Counted from the stretch's first letter, positions 34,537-45,473 are shown. The stretch is 64,000 bases of DNA from Nitrosopumilus sp. (GCA_965197525.1 OZ240211.1:384001-448000), one strand, 5' to 3'. Notes: generated from the sequence alone by a model not told the origin. Numbers and translations: made by a program.

Positions 34537-34568
34537 TACTACTCTTATACAAAACAGTTGTTATATCT

Positions 34569-34805
34569 TGTTCTGTCAGGTTATCGAGAGCTAAAAAAAG
34601 GTGATACAATGAGCAGCGATTCTAAATGATAACAGATACAAGTATTATCTTTTTGTCTAATCATCGAGTAAAAATAAACTGGCAGACCGGCAATCCAAAT
34701 AGTAGATATAACAGTCAACAATACGAGATTTGACTCGTTAACTTGAGAGAAAAATGACATCAATTTTTGAGTTAATATATTAGATCTCTATAACCCGACA
34801 GAACC
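34569..34805. mobile_element. 237-bp non-autonomous element (MITE-like) of the GGTTCTGT-TIR family
   Basis: Left end TGTTCTGTCAGGTTATCGAGAGCTA and right end (reverse complement) GGTTCTGTCGGGTTATAGAGATCTA match at 21/25. Each is 20/25 identical to a TIR of the TnpB elements. No TSD seen. Confidence 0.7.
34581..34763 (-). CDS. Small hydrophobic ORF carried inside the MITE-like element
   Basis: 60 aa with one TM-like stretch LVLLTVISTIWIAGLPVYFY; its stop lies within the left TIR. Confidence 0.3.
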   Translation of the reverse strand: MMSFFSQVNESNLVLLTVISTIWIAGLPVYFYSMIRQKDNTCICYHLESLLIVSPFFSSR

Positions 34806-34838
34806 TAGTTCTCAGATGAAAAACGTTCATTAATTCAT

Positions 34839-35735
34839 TTATCCCAAGGCGTCAAATATGGACTCGAAGGTAGAGTACGGTTGTGCTCCTGCCACACTCT
34901 CTTGTCCATTAGACGAGATGATTAGAAATGACGGAGTTGATGTTACATCGTTGGCATATGATGCAGCAGTGTTGGCATCCACTCGCTCTAGATATTTGTT
35001 AGAATCCAGGCATTCATTGAAGAGATTCGTATCAAGTCCGAGATCGGAGGCAAATGCCTTGAGATTCTCTATTGAAGCCCAACCGCTGTTAGGGCGGCCT
35101 GACTGGGATGTATAAAGTGTGTCGTGGTACTGCCAATACATGCCTTGATCCTCTGCACAGTATGATGCCTGAGCTGCATTCTCCGAATCAGTTCCAATAA
35201 ATGCAATATCTACAAATATCAAGTTAGCTTTTCCGGTTTGAATATAATTTTCAGATATTAATGGTTTGGTGTCAGTAAACCACGCCTTACATTTTGGGCA
35301 CTGATAGTCACCAAACTCTACTATTGTAATTCCAGCATCAGGGCTCCCTTGGACAGGGGATTCAGTATCGATGATTGTGTAACTTTGTGTGCCCTCTGTC
35401 ATCGTATCACTGTCTTGCATTGTGCCTTCTTTTAGCGCGGCATTCTCTTCTTTTAGCGCTGTATTCTCCTGTTGTAGACCATCTACTGTCTGCTCTAGAT
35501 CAGTGATTCTGCTTGACTGATTGGTTTGTATGATTCCTGCCTCGATCAGAAATTCGATGGCAGATAGTAGGTTTGCGTCACTTACCTGATCATCTGTCCA
35601 TAATGTAAACAAGTTCTTTATCCATGAAGGTATAGCATCACTTTGAGAATACGCCACTCCTGCGATGCTGCCAAACACCAAGAGTCCTGCAAGTCCAAAG
35701 AACAACAGATTCTTGGAGGCATTAGGCACGTGCAT
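34839..35735 (-). CDS. Secreted DsbA/thioredoxin-family protein with thaumarchaeal IPSWIK domain
   Basis: Signal peptide, IPSWIKN, EFGDYQCPKC (CxxC) and VTSTPSF motifs. Confidence 0.85.
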   Translation of the reverse strand: MHVPNASKNLLFFGLAGLLVFGSIAGVAYSQSDAIPSWIKNLFTLWTDDQVSDANLLSAIEFLIEAGIIQTNQSSRITDLEQTVDGLQQENTALKEENAALKEGTMQDSDTMTEGTQSYTIIDTESPVQGSPDAGITIVEFGDYQCPKCKAWFTDTKPLISENYIQTGKANLIFVDIAFIGTDSENAAQASYCAEDQGMYWQYHDTLYTSQSGRPNSGWASIENLKAFASDLGLDTNLFNECLDSNKYLERVDANTAASYANDVTSTPSFLIISSNGQESVAGAQPYSTFESIFDALG

Positions 35736-35987
35736 GACAAAATTACAACAATCTTGTTATTATGTTTAGCTAACCGTCTGCTACAATAGATTCTGAGCTA
35801 ATTTAAGAGATATTTGCCAGTCTTCTAATAAGACATGTATGACTATGACGTGTTACAGACATAGAGTTTTGATATCATTGATAGATGGTCGGCATTCCTC
35901 ACATGTGCAACAAACATATCAAGGAACTACATATACACAACGAAGAATCATTCAACCAAATCCTGCTTTCATAACCAAATATTGGAA

Positions 35988-36860
35988 TTATAAATCGCGG
36001 AATTTTACGAGATTATAAAAATAAGAGGCATTGGTTTGTACTGTTCCCTTTTTAGGAATTTTTTGTAATCCTACGTTTTGGGATTCAAGTGCGGCCTGGG
36101 CTGCACCTCCTGCAAAACAGAGTGCCCACAAAAAATCACGCTCCTTGAGCATGGTACAACAAAATGTAGAAGAGAATATATCACCTATTCCAGTAGTATC
36201 ATAAATTTTTTTATTTGGAAGAGTGATAGAATACACTTTGTCTTTTACCAACAGGGAGACATCTGATTTATCGGTTAGTAGTACATATTTGGCACCCTTT
36301 TTTTGTAACGATAGCATGATTTCATCGTTATTTGTTCCAGATACAAGTTGTCGTGCCTCATCAGGATTTATTTTGATGGCATCAACTCCGGATAGATCCA
36401 GATCTGTATTTTGCAAAAAAATATTATTTTGTGCATCTTTCTGTCTTAGAAAACCTTGAGGATCAACGAACAAAAAATTTGAATCGTTTTTTATTCTTTG
36501 AAATACAGCCCAGGAGATCTCATGATATATGGGACTCACAAGATGACAATCCGAGTCACTGCCAGGATAAGATATGGGAGTGCATTGGTTTTCAAGCTTG
36601 AGTGTTCTATCAGGACCATTAACTGAGATTGCGAATCGGGTAGTCTTTTTGTCTGATTCAGAGTCAGGAAAATTGATCTTGTGTTCAGTCAGATATTGTT
36701 TTGGAAAATCAGGACCGAATTTTGTAAACAGGTCTACATCAAATTTGAACTCTCGCGCAGTAATCCCACAATAACATGCCGCACCACCTATCTGTTCATA
36801 TCTATTCCCAGCAACAGTTATCGTATCAATTGCACAGTGCGATAAAACGGCTATTCTCAT
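35988..36860 (-). CDS. PfkB/ribokinase-family carbohydrate kinase
   Basis: IGGAACY, VDPQG, KINPDEA and DTTGIGDIF motifs. Confidence 0.85.
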   Translation of the reverse strand: MRIAVLSHCAIDTITVAGNRYEQIGGAACYCGITAREFKFDVDLFTKFGPDFPKQYLTEHKINFPDSESDKKTTRFAISVNGPDRTLKLENQCTPISYPGSDSDCHLVSPIYHEISWAVFQRIKNDSNFLFVDPQGFLRQKDAQNNIFLQNTDLDLSGVDAIKINPDEARQLVSGTNNDEIMLSLQKKGAKYVLLTDKSDVSLLVKDKVYSITLPNKKIYDTTGIGDIFSSTFCCTMLKERDFLWALCFAGGAAQAALESQNVGLQKIPKKGTVQTNASYFYNLVKFRDL

Positions 36861-37235
36861 TACTGACTTAATTTTGTATTTAGATTTTAGTTTTATGCAT
36901 GATGATAATTATGATCAGAGTTATCGCCAGAGAATAAGGCCACTGTCATGTATCATAATCAGGATTTGTCATTTATATCATTTAGATAGATGATCAGTAG
37001 TGTTACTAGAAGTACCACGACGTTTTCTAAAACAGGTATGACAGAGAATTTCCCCCTTGAGGAATTCAAGTTCAACACCAGATCTAAAACAGTGGTGACA
37101 GAGACCACGCATCATATATCACTACTTATAGCCATAACTAGAATTAAAAGATAGAGGTCAACGAGTTGTACGGGCTCAGATACGTGTTTTTACATCATCA
37201 TACAAGATTATAAGGAGGAAAAACTGTTTATGTTC

Positions 37236-37523
37236 ATGCCACTAAAACGTGCAAGCAGAGGCCGTACAAAAGGAGGAAAAGGCTCTTCAGGAGTTGTACA
37301 GTGTACAAACTGTGGACAGACGGTCCCAAAAGACAAGGCAAAAAAAGTGACATCCAAATTGAATTTAGTAGAGCATACACTAGCAAAAGAACTGCGAGCA
37401 CAGGGCGCATATATTGCATCACCCACAGTCTTGAAGCATTACTGTATCTCATGCGCAATTCATTTTAAAATTCTAAAGATCAGATCAGCTGATAGTAGAC
37501 GAAAACGCGGAAAACTGCGCTAA
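37236..37523 (+). CDS. rps26e: 30S ribosomal protein S26e
   Basis: MPLKRASRGR..CTNCGQTVPKDKAKK..YCISCAIHFKILKIRS. Confidence 0.95.
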   Translation: MPLKRASRGRTKGGKGSSGVVQCTNCGQTVPKDKAKKVTSKLNLVEHTLAKELRAQGAYIASPTVLKHYCISCAIHFKILKIRSADSRRKRGKLR

Positions 37524-37527
37524 TCCT

Positions 37528-38115
37528 TTAATCTTTTATGTGTCTTGTAGTAAATATCATCCTTTGAATTAATGTAATTCCAGCAATTGTTATTACAATC
37601 ATAACAGCATAATCCATAAAGCCTATAATTCCAACTATGGCAATAACCAAGAGCCTCTCTGCTCTCTCACCAATTCCGATACCTTGTAATTTTATGTGTA
37701 TGATATCTGATTTTGCTCTAGCATAACTCACTAACAACGACAAAGTAATGGCAAGCAGTACAAGATAAGGTTCGGCATATCCGCCAATTAGAATTCCTAA
37801 AAATATTGCCACTTCTGCAATTTTATCAAACATAGAGTCAAGGTACGAGCCCTTGAGTGATGTCTTACCTGTAACCCTTGCAACTTGACCATCAACCATA
37901 TCAAAGAATCCAGATATTAATAACAGAACGCCTCCCAAGATTAATCCAAACTCTACTGCATCTATTACGGCATATATCACAGCAGAAGCCAAAGCAAATA
38001 TCAATCCTATACCAGTCCAGAAATTTGGAGACAGTCCAGTAGATGCAAACCCTTTGCCAATCTTTTCAAGTGCGGGTTTGAGAGTATTCCGTAGATTATT
38101 TAACACAGGATACAC
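37528..38115 (-). CDS. CDP-alcohol phosphatidyltransferase (archaetidylinositol-phosphate synthase-like)
   Basis: FDMVDGQVAR...G.YLDSMFDK signature and ERAERL motif. Confidence 0.9.
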   Translation of the reverse strand: MYPVLNNLRNTLKPALEKIGKGFASTGLSPNFWTGIGLIFALASAVIYAVIDAVEFGLILGGVLLLISGFFDMVDGQVARVTGKTSLKGSYLDSMFDKIAEVAIFLGILIGGYAEPYLVLLAITLSLLVSYARAKSDIIHIKLQGIGIGERAERLLVIAIVGIIGFMDYAVMIVITIAGITLIQRMIFTTRHIKD

Positions 38116-38155
38116 ACAACATCACTTACTAATAAACGAAATTAGTAACTGGTCA

Positions 38156-38222
38156 CATCCCACTTGATTCGTGCCTATGAACGGGTTGATGCGGACCGCA
38201 GTTAGGCTCAGATTAAGGGATG
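38156..38222. ncRNA. Candidate structured small RNA or leader
   Basis: Nested stems CATCCC/GGGATG, GCCTA/TAGGC and TGCG/CGCA; a TATATA box at 38241-38246 points into it on the minus strand. Confidence 0.35.
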
Positions 38223-38360
38223 GCGTACAGTTATCGAAATTATATAGATACAACAGGCATGCAAAAAAAATGCAGGTTAAAGGAATGATGATAGGATAAG
38301 TGTCCAAGTTGAGTACAAGATCAATATTCGGTGATCAAATGAAAGATCCTTGTCTATCTC

Positions 38361-38408
38361 TTCTTATTCTTATTCTTATTCTTATTCTTATTCTTATTCT
38401 TCTTATTC
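38361..38408. repeat. (TTCTTA)n hexanucleotide microsatellite
   Basis: Six perfect units, a TTC partial, then another unit. Confidence 0.9.
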
Positions 38409-38699
38409 AAGAAATTTGGATCATTGCTCTTTGGATTGTTTTTATCGTTGGATTTCTTTAGATAAATCATCATCTCGACTTTATTCAGATGTGTGTTTTT
38501 TTAGGATGTATAATCAATATGGGAGACATCATGGAACATTGCACATATATGCAACAGCTTCCAGTTTGGTATTTTTTATTCTTCTAAATATTTGCGCAAG
38601 CTTGACTAGAAGAATTTTTCAGTTACAAGTGTATTATGGTAATAGACACACAACAAGTTTTAGAATGTTTTATGAAACTAGTGTTATTAGAAAAAATGT

Positions 38700-39266
38700 T
38701 TATAATATATTTGGGTTAGAATGTCTTTTGGAATCAGTGTCGTTACTGCGATTGCTGCTTTTGTCTTTGCCCAGTATGATATTCCGTACCTTGACCATCT
38801 TTCGTGCAAGTATGAATCCACCACCTGACATACAGCTGCCAATTATGACGTGTAATATGTTGGAATCCTGTTGCGGTGCAAACAGTATGACGTATGTGAA
38901 CCCGCCTATCATGAGTAGTACACCAAAGGCTGCAAAGATTGCCATCATGATTGGAACACGTGGTGGAGCAGGTGGAAGTACGGGTTCGCCGTCAGGAGTA
39001 ATTGGTTTTTGGGCAAAATCAAGATCTTTGCATACATGACAGCAACGGTGTCGTTTTTTGTTACTCCATGTTGTAGTTAGAAAGTAGAATGATTGTTTGC
39101 AGGAATCACAGGTGCGTTTTGGTAGTGTGATCTTGCCATGATCATCAAAGTCTTGACCTATCTTGGTCATACAACTCTTGCAGTAGTAGCCTTGAACACG
39201 CCATTGTTTTTGAAAGTTGTATTTTTTCCACCCCAGTGTGATGTTGCAACCGGCACATGACGTCAT
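38700..39266 (-). CDS. Membrane protein with N-terminal CxxC Zn-finger pairs
   Basis: CAGC..CKSC..CDSC..CHVC followed by two TM helices; overlaps the transporter stop by 4 bp. Confidence 0.7.
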   Translation of the reverse strand: MTSCAGCNITLGWKKYNFQKQWRVQGYYCKSCMTKIGQDFDDHGKITLPKRTCDSCKQSFYFLTTTWSNKKRHRCCHVCKDLDFAQKPITPDGEPVLPPAPPRVPIMMAIFAAFGVLLMIGGFTYVILFAPQQDSNILHVIIGSCMSGGGFILARKMVKVRNIILGKDKSSNRSNDTDSKRHSNPNIL

Positions 39267-41293
39267 TTCTTCTCTGTTCCCGTAGTTTCTGCCGTAGTGG
39301 ATGCCGAGTCGCTGCTATTTCCTCCATTCCCTCGAATTACTTGCGCAATGCCGTGTCGTGCCTCTATAACTGGCAGGAATATGATAAACCCTGCTGCCAC
39401 GCTAACCCAGACTACAGATATTGCGACCCAGGCACCGTAACTGAATTGATCAAATACGTAACTTGATGCAATCAAAGGCATTGGCCATGCTATGATTAGT
39501 ACAAGTGTCATAAGACCGCCGCCTTTGAGACTGAACTTGAATGCGCGTTTGAGAGTCTCTTCGTTCTCTGTTACCTGAGCTGATGCTGCAGCGCTGAGCT
39601 CTACTAGTGTGATCTTCTCTCTGAGATCCTTCCAGTCAAACGTGGTCTTGGATGCAAGGCTGCCAAATATTGCAACTGCTCCGCCAGTCAGAATGCCTGC
39701 AACGTTGCCAAACAGCATGGAAAAGTTGTGGCCAAGACTTGCCAGGGTTACCTCCCCTCCGTACTCTGGCAGTGATGCTGCAACTGATACCCAAGTGGTC
39801 ACAGCTACTACCAGGCCGATTATTGCACCTGCAGTTGCTGCAACGCGGTTTGTTCTCTTCCATAGTATGGTCAAGGCAATTGGGATGACAGCTGAGCCAA
39901 TTAAGATACCCATAGCAAGATAGACGAATCCCAGGCTTAGACCCAGACCGAGTAGCAGTACTGCAAGACCTCCCATGCCTATGCCGAATCCCACGATAGT
40001 TGCACGCGAGACTTTTACTAGCTGTTTGCCTGATGCGTCGGGGTTTTTGTACGTCCGGTAGATATCATACGTAATTAACGAGGATACTGCGATTAGTTCA
40101 GCAGAGCCTGCTGATGTTACTGCCATGAATAGCATGGTCAGAACCATGATGGCGCCTACCTCTCCCATAAGGGCAGTAGCTGCTGCAGGGACTACTAGAC
40201 CAAGCTGAACCTGTTCTGGGGTAAGGTCCACATCAAGCGCTATCGCAGTCAGTCCCATGGTAGTTGCAAGAGTGAACGGAATTGCAAACCAGCATGCCCC
40301 TCCTAGCAGAAATCCCTTTACTGTGGAGGAGGGTTTTGCAGCTATGGCCCGCTGCCAGTACGCCTGATCTACAAATACTGTACCAAAGTTACCTACAATG
40401 TTGATTATACCAAACATCAGACCTCCGATGGATGCCATGGTGAGGAACGCACCTGCGGCATTGCCCTCAACCGGTCTCAGGTCTGCTGCAGCTACGAGCT
40501 TTTCATACATTCCCTCTATGCCGCCTGTAATGTCGGTACTGAGGTATACTGCAGCTACAAACGTTAGAATTACTACAAATATGACTATGGTATGCATGTA
40601 ATCGGCTACAAACGTTGCTTTTAGACCGCCTACCAACGTGTATATCATGACGCCTATGGGTATCAGGAATGCTGCCATGGAGATGTCCATGCCGGTCAGA
40701 CCGTTTACTACAGCTGAGCCTCCTAGCAGTAACATGGCAGTCACTATCATGTTAGTCATCAGTGCAAATACCAAGAATACCTTGTGCGAGCCGTTACCGA
40801 ACCTTGCACGAATAATCTCAAGAAAAGTGTGCGCGTTTGGCGCCTTTCGTTTTAATTCTATAGCTAAAATACCAAATAACAAGACCTGAATTGATGCGCC
40901 TGCGGCATACCAGAATGGACCACTGATACCGTACTGGTATGCTACTGTCGAGGATTGTAACAGAGTAGCAGCCCAAGTCCATGCAGACACTATGGCTGCA
41001 GCAGTCAGACCGGTCTTGATGGTTCTACCTGCTGTGTTGAACATCTCAGATGTTTGATGGACTCCAAGATATCGTTCCTCAATCTTTACTTCTACTGAGA
41101 TGATTACTGCAAATACCGCACCTAGTCCGACAACTATTGCCCAACCAATCCATTCTGGAAGTGCCTCTCCTATTGCAAAACCTTCAGAGATTTCACCTGC
41201 AGCATATGCAGACTGTGGAAGAACTCCAGCTGTAGCGATTGATGTAACAAAGATAACAAACAGTGCAACAGGAACGGTTTTTCTTATCGCCAC
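39263..41293 (-). CDS. Urea active transporter (Dur3-like, sodium:solute symporter family)
   Basis: SAWTWAATLLQSS, GNFGTVFVDQAYWQRAIAA and many TM helices; directly downstream of ureC. Confidence 0.9.
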   Translation of the reverse strand: MAIRKTVPVALFVIFVTSIATAGVLPQSAYAAGEISEGFAIGEALPEWIGWAIVVGLGAVFAVIISVEVKIEERYLGVHQTSEMFNTAGRTIKTGLTAAAIVSAWTWAATLLQSSTVAYQYGISGPFWYAAGASIQVLLFGILAIELKRKAPNAHTFLEIIRARFGNGSHKVFLVFALMTNMIVTAMLLLGGSAVVNGLTGMDISMAAFLIPIGVMIYTLVGGLKATFVADYMHTIVIFVVILTFVAAVYLSTDITGGIEGMYEKLVAAADLRPVEGNAAGAFLTMASIGGLMFGIINIVGNFGTVFVDQAYWQRAIAAKPSSTVKGFLLGGACWFAIPFTLATTMGLTAIALDVDLTPEQVQLGLVVPAAATALMGEVGAIMVLTMLFMAVTSAGSAELIAVSSLITYDIYRTYKNPDASGKQLVKVSRATIVGFGIGMGGLAVLLLGLGLSLGFVYLAMGILIGSAVIPIALTILWKRTNRVAATAGAIIGLVVAVTTWVSVAASLPEYGGEVTLASLGHNFSMLFGNVAGILTGGAVAIFGSLASKTTFDWKDLREKITLVELSAAASAQVTENEETLKRAFKFSLKGGGLMTLVLIIAWPMPLIASSYVFDQFSYGAWVAISVVWVSVAAGFIIFLPVIEARHGIAQVIRGNGGNSSDSASTTAETTGTEKK

Positions 41294-41492
41294 AATGATT
41301 AACTGTCAGAAAATTACTTAGCATTTGACGAGTTATGTCTAGTTATATGTGATGTGTCAGACTCTTGATGTTTGATGAACAAGCATAATGTAAGATTTCA
41401 AGTACAATGAATAAAACAGATCAGAGAACATACAGAATGTAAGATTAACCAAATATAGGCATTTTAGCCGATGTCGGCTAGAAGACTAGCTA

Positions 41493-43208
41493 TTAAAACA
41501 GATTGTACAGTCTAGCCAAAGATACAGTCTTTGCCGGTTCTACTGTTGCAATTGTACCATCAACTTTGACCTCGTATGTCTCAGGATTGACGTCAATGGT
41601 CGGTGTAGAGTCATTGTACAACATGTCCTTTTTGCCAATATTCCTGCAGTTTCTTACAGGAACCAGTTTTTTGCGAGACGATAGTTTTGATGGCAGGCTG
41701 TTATCCAATGCCAATTGAGATGTAAAAGTGACGGATGTGTTTTGTACTGTCTTTCCCAATGCCCCAAACATGGGACGATACACTACTGGTTCAGTGGTAG
41801 GAATAGAGGCATTGGGATCGCCCATCAGTGAATAGGCAATAAATCCGCCTTTGATTATCATCTTGGGCTTTACACCAAAAAATTGAGGGGTCCAGATAAC
41901 GATATCAGCTAGTAGTCCAGGTTTGATTGCGCCAACATAATCTGCAATGCCGTGAGTTATTGCATTGTTTATTGTAATCTTGGAGAGATATCTTTTTACT
42001 CTGAAATTATCGTTTTGTGTATTTCTATCTTCGGGCAGCGATCCGACCATCTTTTTCATCTTATCTGCTGTCTGCCAATTTCTGGTTGTAACCTCACCTA
42101 CTCTACCCATAGCTTGACTGTCAGACGACATCATGCTGAGTACACCCATATCATGCAGAACGTCCTCAGCTGCGATAGTCTCCCCACGAATACGAGATTC
42201 TGCAAAGGATATGTCTTCAGGCACCAGAGGATTAAGATGATGGCATACCATCATCATGTCCAGATGCTCTGCAAGTGTATTTACAGTAAAAGGTCTTGTA
42301 GGATTAGTAGATGATGGCAATATGTTTTGCTCTGATGCTATCTTGATAATATCTGGGGCATGACCTCCGCCTGCGCCCTCAGTATGATATGTATGTATAG
42401 CTCTACCATTAATTGCTTGTATTGTATCGTCAACGAATCCACATTCATTTAATGTATCCGTGTGTATAGCAACTTGAGTGTCAGTTTTTTCGGCAACAGA
42501 CAAGGCAGTATCAATTGTCGCAGGTGTAGTACCCCAGTCTTCGTGTAATTTTAATCCACATGCGCCTTCTAGAATTTGATCCATTAAAGACGATTCAAGG
42601 GAGTCATTGCCCTTACAAAGAAATCCAAAATTTAAAGGCAAATCGTCTATAGCTTCTATCATCTTGTGAATATTCCATTTTCCAGGAGTACAGGTAGTAG
42701 CATTAGTGCCATCAGCAGGCCCTGTTCCACCACCTATCATTGTTGTAGTGCCATTACATATGGCATGAATTGCCTGTTGAGGTGAGATAAAGTGAATATG
42801 AGAGTCTATTGTACCAGGAGTGCATATGGTGTGTTCACCTGCAATTATCTCGGTATTTGATGATATCACCATATCTACATCATCTGAAATATTTGGATTG
42901 CCTGCGTTTCCTATACCGTATATCTTGCCATCTTTAATTCCGATATCTGCTTTGATAATACCCAAATAAGGATCCATAACAATTGCGTTGGTAATTACAA
43001 GGTCAAGCGAATCATTACGCAAGACACCACTTGCTTGACCTAACCCGTCTCGTATACTCTTACCTCCCCCAAATACCGATTCATCTCCGGGTTTTATCAG
43101 ATCGTCTTCTATCTGAATAATTAGATCAGTATCTCCCAGTCTAACTCTATCTCCAGTTGTAGGACCAAACAAATCCACATATGTTTTTCTAGGAATAGTT
43201 AACGTCAT
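41493..43208 (-). CDS. ureC: Urease alpha subunit
   Basis: [48 protein letters not shown] and SSDSQAMGR motifs. Confidence 0.97.
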   Translation of the reverse strand: MTLTIPRKTYVDLFGPTTGDRVRLGDTDLIIQIEDDLIKPGDESVFGGGKSIRDGLGQASGVLRNDSLDLVITNAIVMDPYLGIIKADIGIKDGKIYGIGNAGNPNISDDVDMVISSNTEIIAGEHTICTPGTIDSHIHFISPQQAIHAICNGTTTMIGGGTGPADGTNATTCTPGKWNIHKMIEAIDDLPLNFGFLCKGNDSLESSLMDQILEGACGLKLHEDWGTTPATIDTALSVAEKTDTQVAIHTDTLNECGFVDDTIQAINGRAIHTYHTEGAGGGHAPDIIKIASEQNILPSSTNPTRPFTVNTLAEHLDMMMVCHHLNPLVPEDISFAESRIRGETIAAEDVLHDMGVLSMMSSDSQAMGRVGEVTTRNWQTADKMKKMVGSLPEDRNTQNDNFRVKRYLSKITINNAITHGIADYVGAIKPGLLADIVIWTPQFFGVKPKMIIKGGFIAYSLMGDPNASIPTTEPVVYRPMFGALGKTVQNTSVTFTSQLALDNSLPSKLSSRKKLVPVRNCRNIGKKDMLYNDSTPTIDVNPETYEVKVDGTIATVEPAKTVSLARLYNLF

Positions 43209-43585
43209 GGTAGATTCATACCTCTGAAACCACGTTCACTTGCCTTTTGAAATGCATCATTTGTCCTTTCTGCAAGCAGACCGTTTACAAGACCGTTAAA
43301 ACCATATACAGTTTTTTTGCCAGTAAACTCTACAAGTTGAATATTGTTGCGTGTCTCCCCCGGTTCAAAGCGTATTGATGTTCCTGCAGGGATATTAAGA
43401 TGATAGCCATACGATAATTTTCGTGGAAATTCTAGTGCTTTGTTTGCCTCAAAAAAGTGTGTATGCGATCCTACCTGTATCGGTCGATCACCTGTATTAG
43501 TAACGTTTACAGATACGACTTGTCTGTTGAGATTGGCATGTATTGGTTCATCATGCAGATAGTATTGGCCAGGAATTACAGTCAT
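43205..43585 (-). CDS. ureB: Urease beta subunit
   Basis: [19 protein letters not shown] and [14 protein letters not shown] motifs. Confidence 0.96.
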   Translation of the reverse strand: MTVIPGQYYLHDEPIHANLNRQVVSVNVTNTGDRPIQVGSHTHFFEANKALEFPRKLSYGYHLNIPAGTSIRFEPGETRNNIQLVEFTGKKTVYGFNGLVNGLLAERTNDAFQKASERGFRGMNLP

Positions 43586-43695
43586 GGTATAATCCTTGAC
43601 ACTCTAGGTGACATAACTTGAATTGGCGTCATAATTGAAGACTCTGTCACAGTCATTATTAAAATCATCATAATATAGTCATCCTTGGTATAGCA

Positions 43696-43998
43696 TTACG
43701 TAATAGGATCATGAATAGTCACCAGTTTTGTGCCGTCATCAAAAGTTGCTTCTACTTGAATAGAATGAATAATCTCTGCAACACCAGGTAACACGTCATC
43801 TTTTGACAAGACATGTTTGCCTTTGCTTATCAACTCTGCAACGGTCTTGCCATCCCGCGCACCCTCCAAGATAAAATCAGCAAGAATAGATACAGTTTCA
43901 GGATGGTTAAGTTTGAGTCCCCGATTCTTTCTGCGATGAGCCAATTGCGATGCAACAAATATGTCAAGCTTCTCAGATTCTCTAGGAGTTAACATCAT
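43696..43998 (-). CDS. ureA: Urease gamma subunit
   Basis: [19 protein letters not shown] and [19 protein letters not shown] motifs. Confidence 0.96.
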   Translation of the reverse strand: MMLTPRESEKLDIFVASQLAHRRKNRGLKLNHPETVSILADFILEGARDGKTVAELISKGKHVLSKDDVLPGVAEIIHSIQVEATFDDGTKLVTIHDPIT

Positions 43999-44041
43999 AG
44001 TTACAGTAATGTACTTCATGTATTTATCAATTAATTATATC

Positions 44042-45347
44042 GGTTCTGTGAAGTTATAGAGACCTTATTTATGAGGATAGGCGTACATAAATGCCCCAAA
44101 ATCATAGAATATTGGTTGAAGGCAATAAAGTCAATAGCACAAAAATATACGCCAAACTCTGACCTAATGGATATGATGGCCACATTCACAGAAATGGTTA
44201 ACCGTTGCATCAAGATAGGGTTAAAAGAAGACACACACAATATGAAAAGGCTATCATGTCTATGCTATCACGAATTGAGAGACTATGACATTTTATCGTC
44301 ATACAAACTAAATGCAATATCAAGGGCTACTGGCATATTGGCAAACAGAAGACAGTCAATAAAACGTGGTGTCAAGGTTAGATACCCAAAGGTAACAAAG
44401 CCGTTTATCACTAATTGTTACGGTATAAAACACAATGGTGCGCTACTCACAATCCCATACAAGAGTAGAAATTCAATCAACATCTTGTTAAACCCGCATA
44501 CCCAAAAAATCCTGTCGAATCCTGACTTGACAGTACGCTCGTTTTCATTGACTGCCTTTAGCATCAATCTTTGCGTTTCCAAGGAGACTGAACAGATAGA
44601 ATGTACCAAGACGGTAGGAATCGATAGAAATTTGAGGAATGTTACATGTGGCAATGAGGAGCAAGTAACATTTTACAAGACAAACAAACTGCTATCCATA
44701 AAAGAGAACACCATGCACGCCAGAGCCGGATTCCACAGAAATGATCGCAGAAAGAAAGGTCAATTCTGGAAGATAAAACAGCGAAGAATGGCCAATAGAA
44801 CAAAACAATACATACACAGAATATCAAAAGATATTGTGGATAATGCCGTCAAAGAAAAGGCTGTAATCGTTCTAGAAAACCTAAAAGGAATTAGAAAACT
44901 CTACAAAAAAGGAAATGGCCAAGGCAACAAATACAGGCGCAGATTAAACGGATGGCAATTCTACGAGTTACAACGCCAAATAGAATACAAAGCCCAATGG
45001 GTCGGGCTCCCGCCAGTCGAATATGTAGACCCAAAAAACACGAGCACGCAGTGTCCAAGATGCGGAAAGAAACTCCAAGAGGACATGCAACACAGACGTA
45101 AAATGTCGTGTAATAATTGTGGATTGTACACGGACAGAGACATTGTAGCTGCCATGAACATATCACGCAAACCGTCCCCTAGGTTTAGGGATAGCAGAGA
45201 TGACATAGGTGAAGCGCAGTCCGGTGTTTTTGAACCGGCGATGATGGAACCCTGCATACCGGTAATCCAGATAGTCGATATGTCAAAGTCGAGTGATAGG
45301 AGGATATAACTTGTTAAATCAACAGGTACCTATAACTTTACAGAACC
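44042..45347 (+). mobile_element. 1306-bp TnpB-only element bounded by IS6-like terminal inverted repeats (copy 1)
   Basis: Left TIR GGTTCTGTGAAGTTATAGAGACCTT (44042-44066) and right TIR reverse complement GGTTCTGTAAAGTTATAGGTACCTG (45323-45347) match at 21/25. No TSD (ATTATATC vs AAAATAAA). Confidence 0.8.
44116..45309 (+). CDS. tnpB: TnpB RNA-guided endonuclease (RuvC plus Zn finger), copy 1
   Basis: GIDRN (RuvC-I D), VLENL (RuvC-II E), CPRC/CNNC and DRDIVAAMNI (RuvC-III D). The TTG start at 44116 aligns with the start of copy 2. Confidence 0.93.
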   Translation: MKAIKSIAQKYTPNSDLMDMMATFTEMVNRCIKIGLKEDTHNMKRLSCLCYHELRDYDILSSYKLNAISRATGILANRRQSIKRGVKVRYPKVTKPFITNCYGIKHNGALLTIPYKSRNSINILLNPHTQKILSNPDLTVRSFSLTAFSINLCVSKETEQIECTKTVGIDRNLRNVTCGNEEQVTFYKTNKLLSIKENTMHARAGFHRNDRRKKGQFWKIKQRRMANRTKQYIHRISKDIVDNAVKEKAVIVLENLKGIRKLYKKGNGQGNKYRRRLNGWQFYELQRQIEYKAQWVGLPPVEYVDPKNTSTQCPRCGKKLQEDMQHRRKMSCNNCGLYTDRDIVAAMNISRKPSPRFRDSRDDIGEAQSGVFEPAMMEPCIPVIQIVDMSKSSDRRI

Positions 45348-45473
45348 AAAATAAATAAATGGCTATAATTTGTAAATTATTGATAATCATTAAAAAATAT
45401 TGTAACTAATTCAAGAAATTTGGCAATTAACAATAATTCTATATATACTATGATATCATTAGATATATGGCGT

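Noticed and set aside
38150-38230. tRNA or 5S rRNA
   Set aside because: There is no proper 7-bp acceptor stem, D-arm or TTCGA T-loop, and no 5S signature. Kept only as an unknown structured RNA.
38350-39039. 229-aa plus-strand ORF starting with SYSYSY
   Set aside because: It is produced by the hexanucleotide repeat and is antisense to the 38700-39266 gene.
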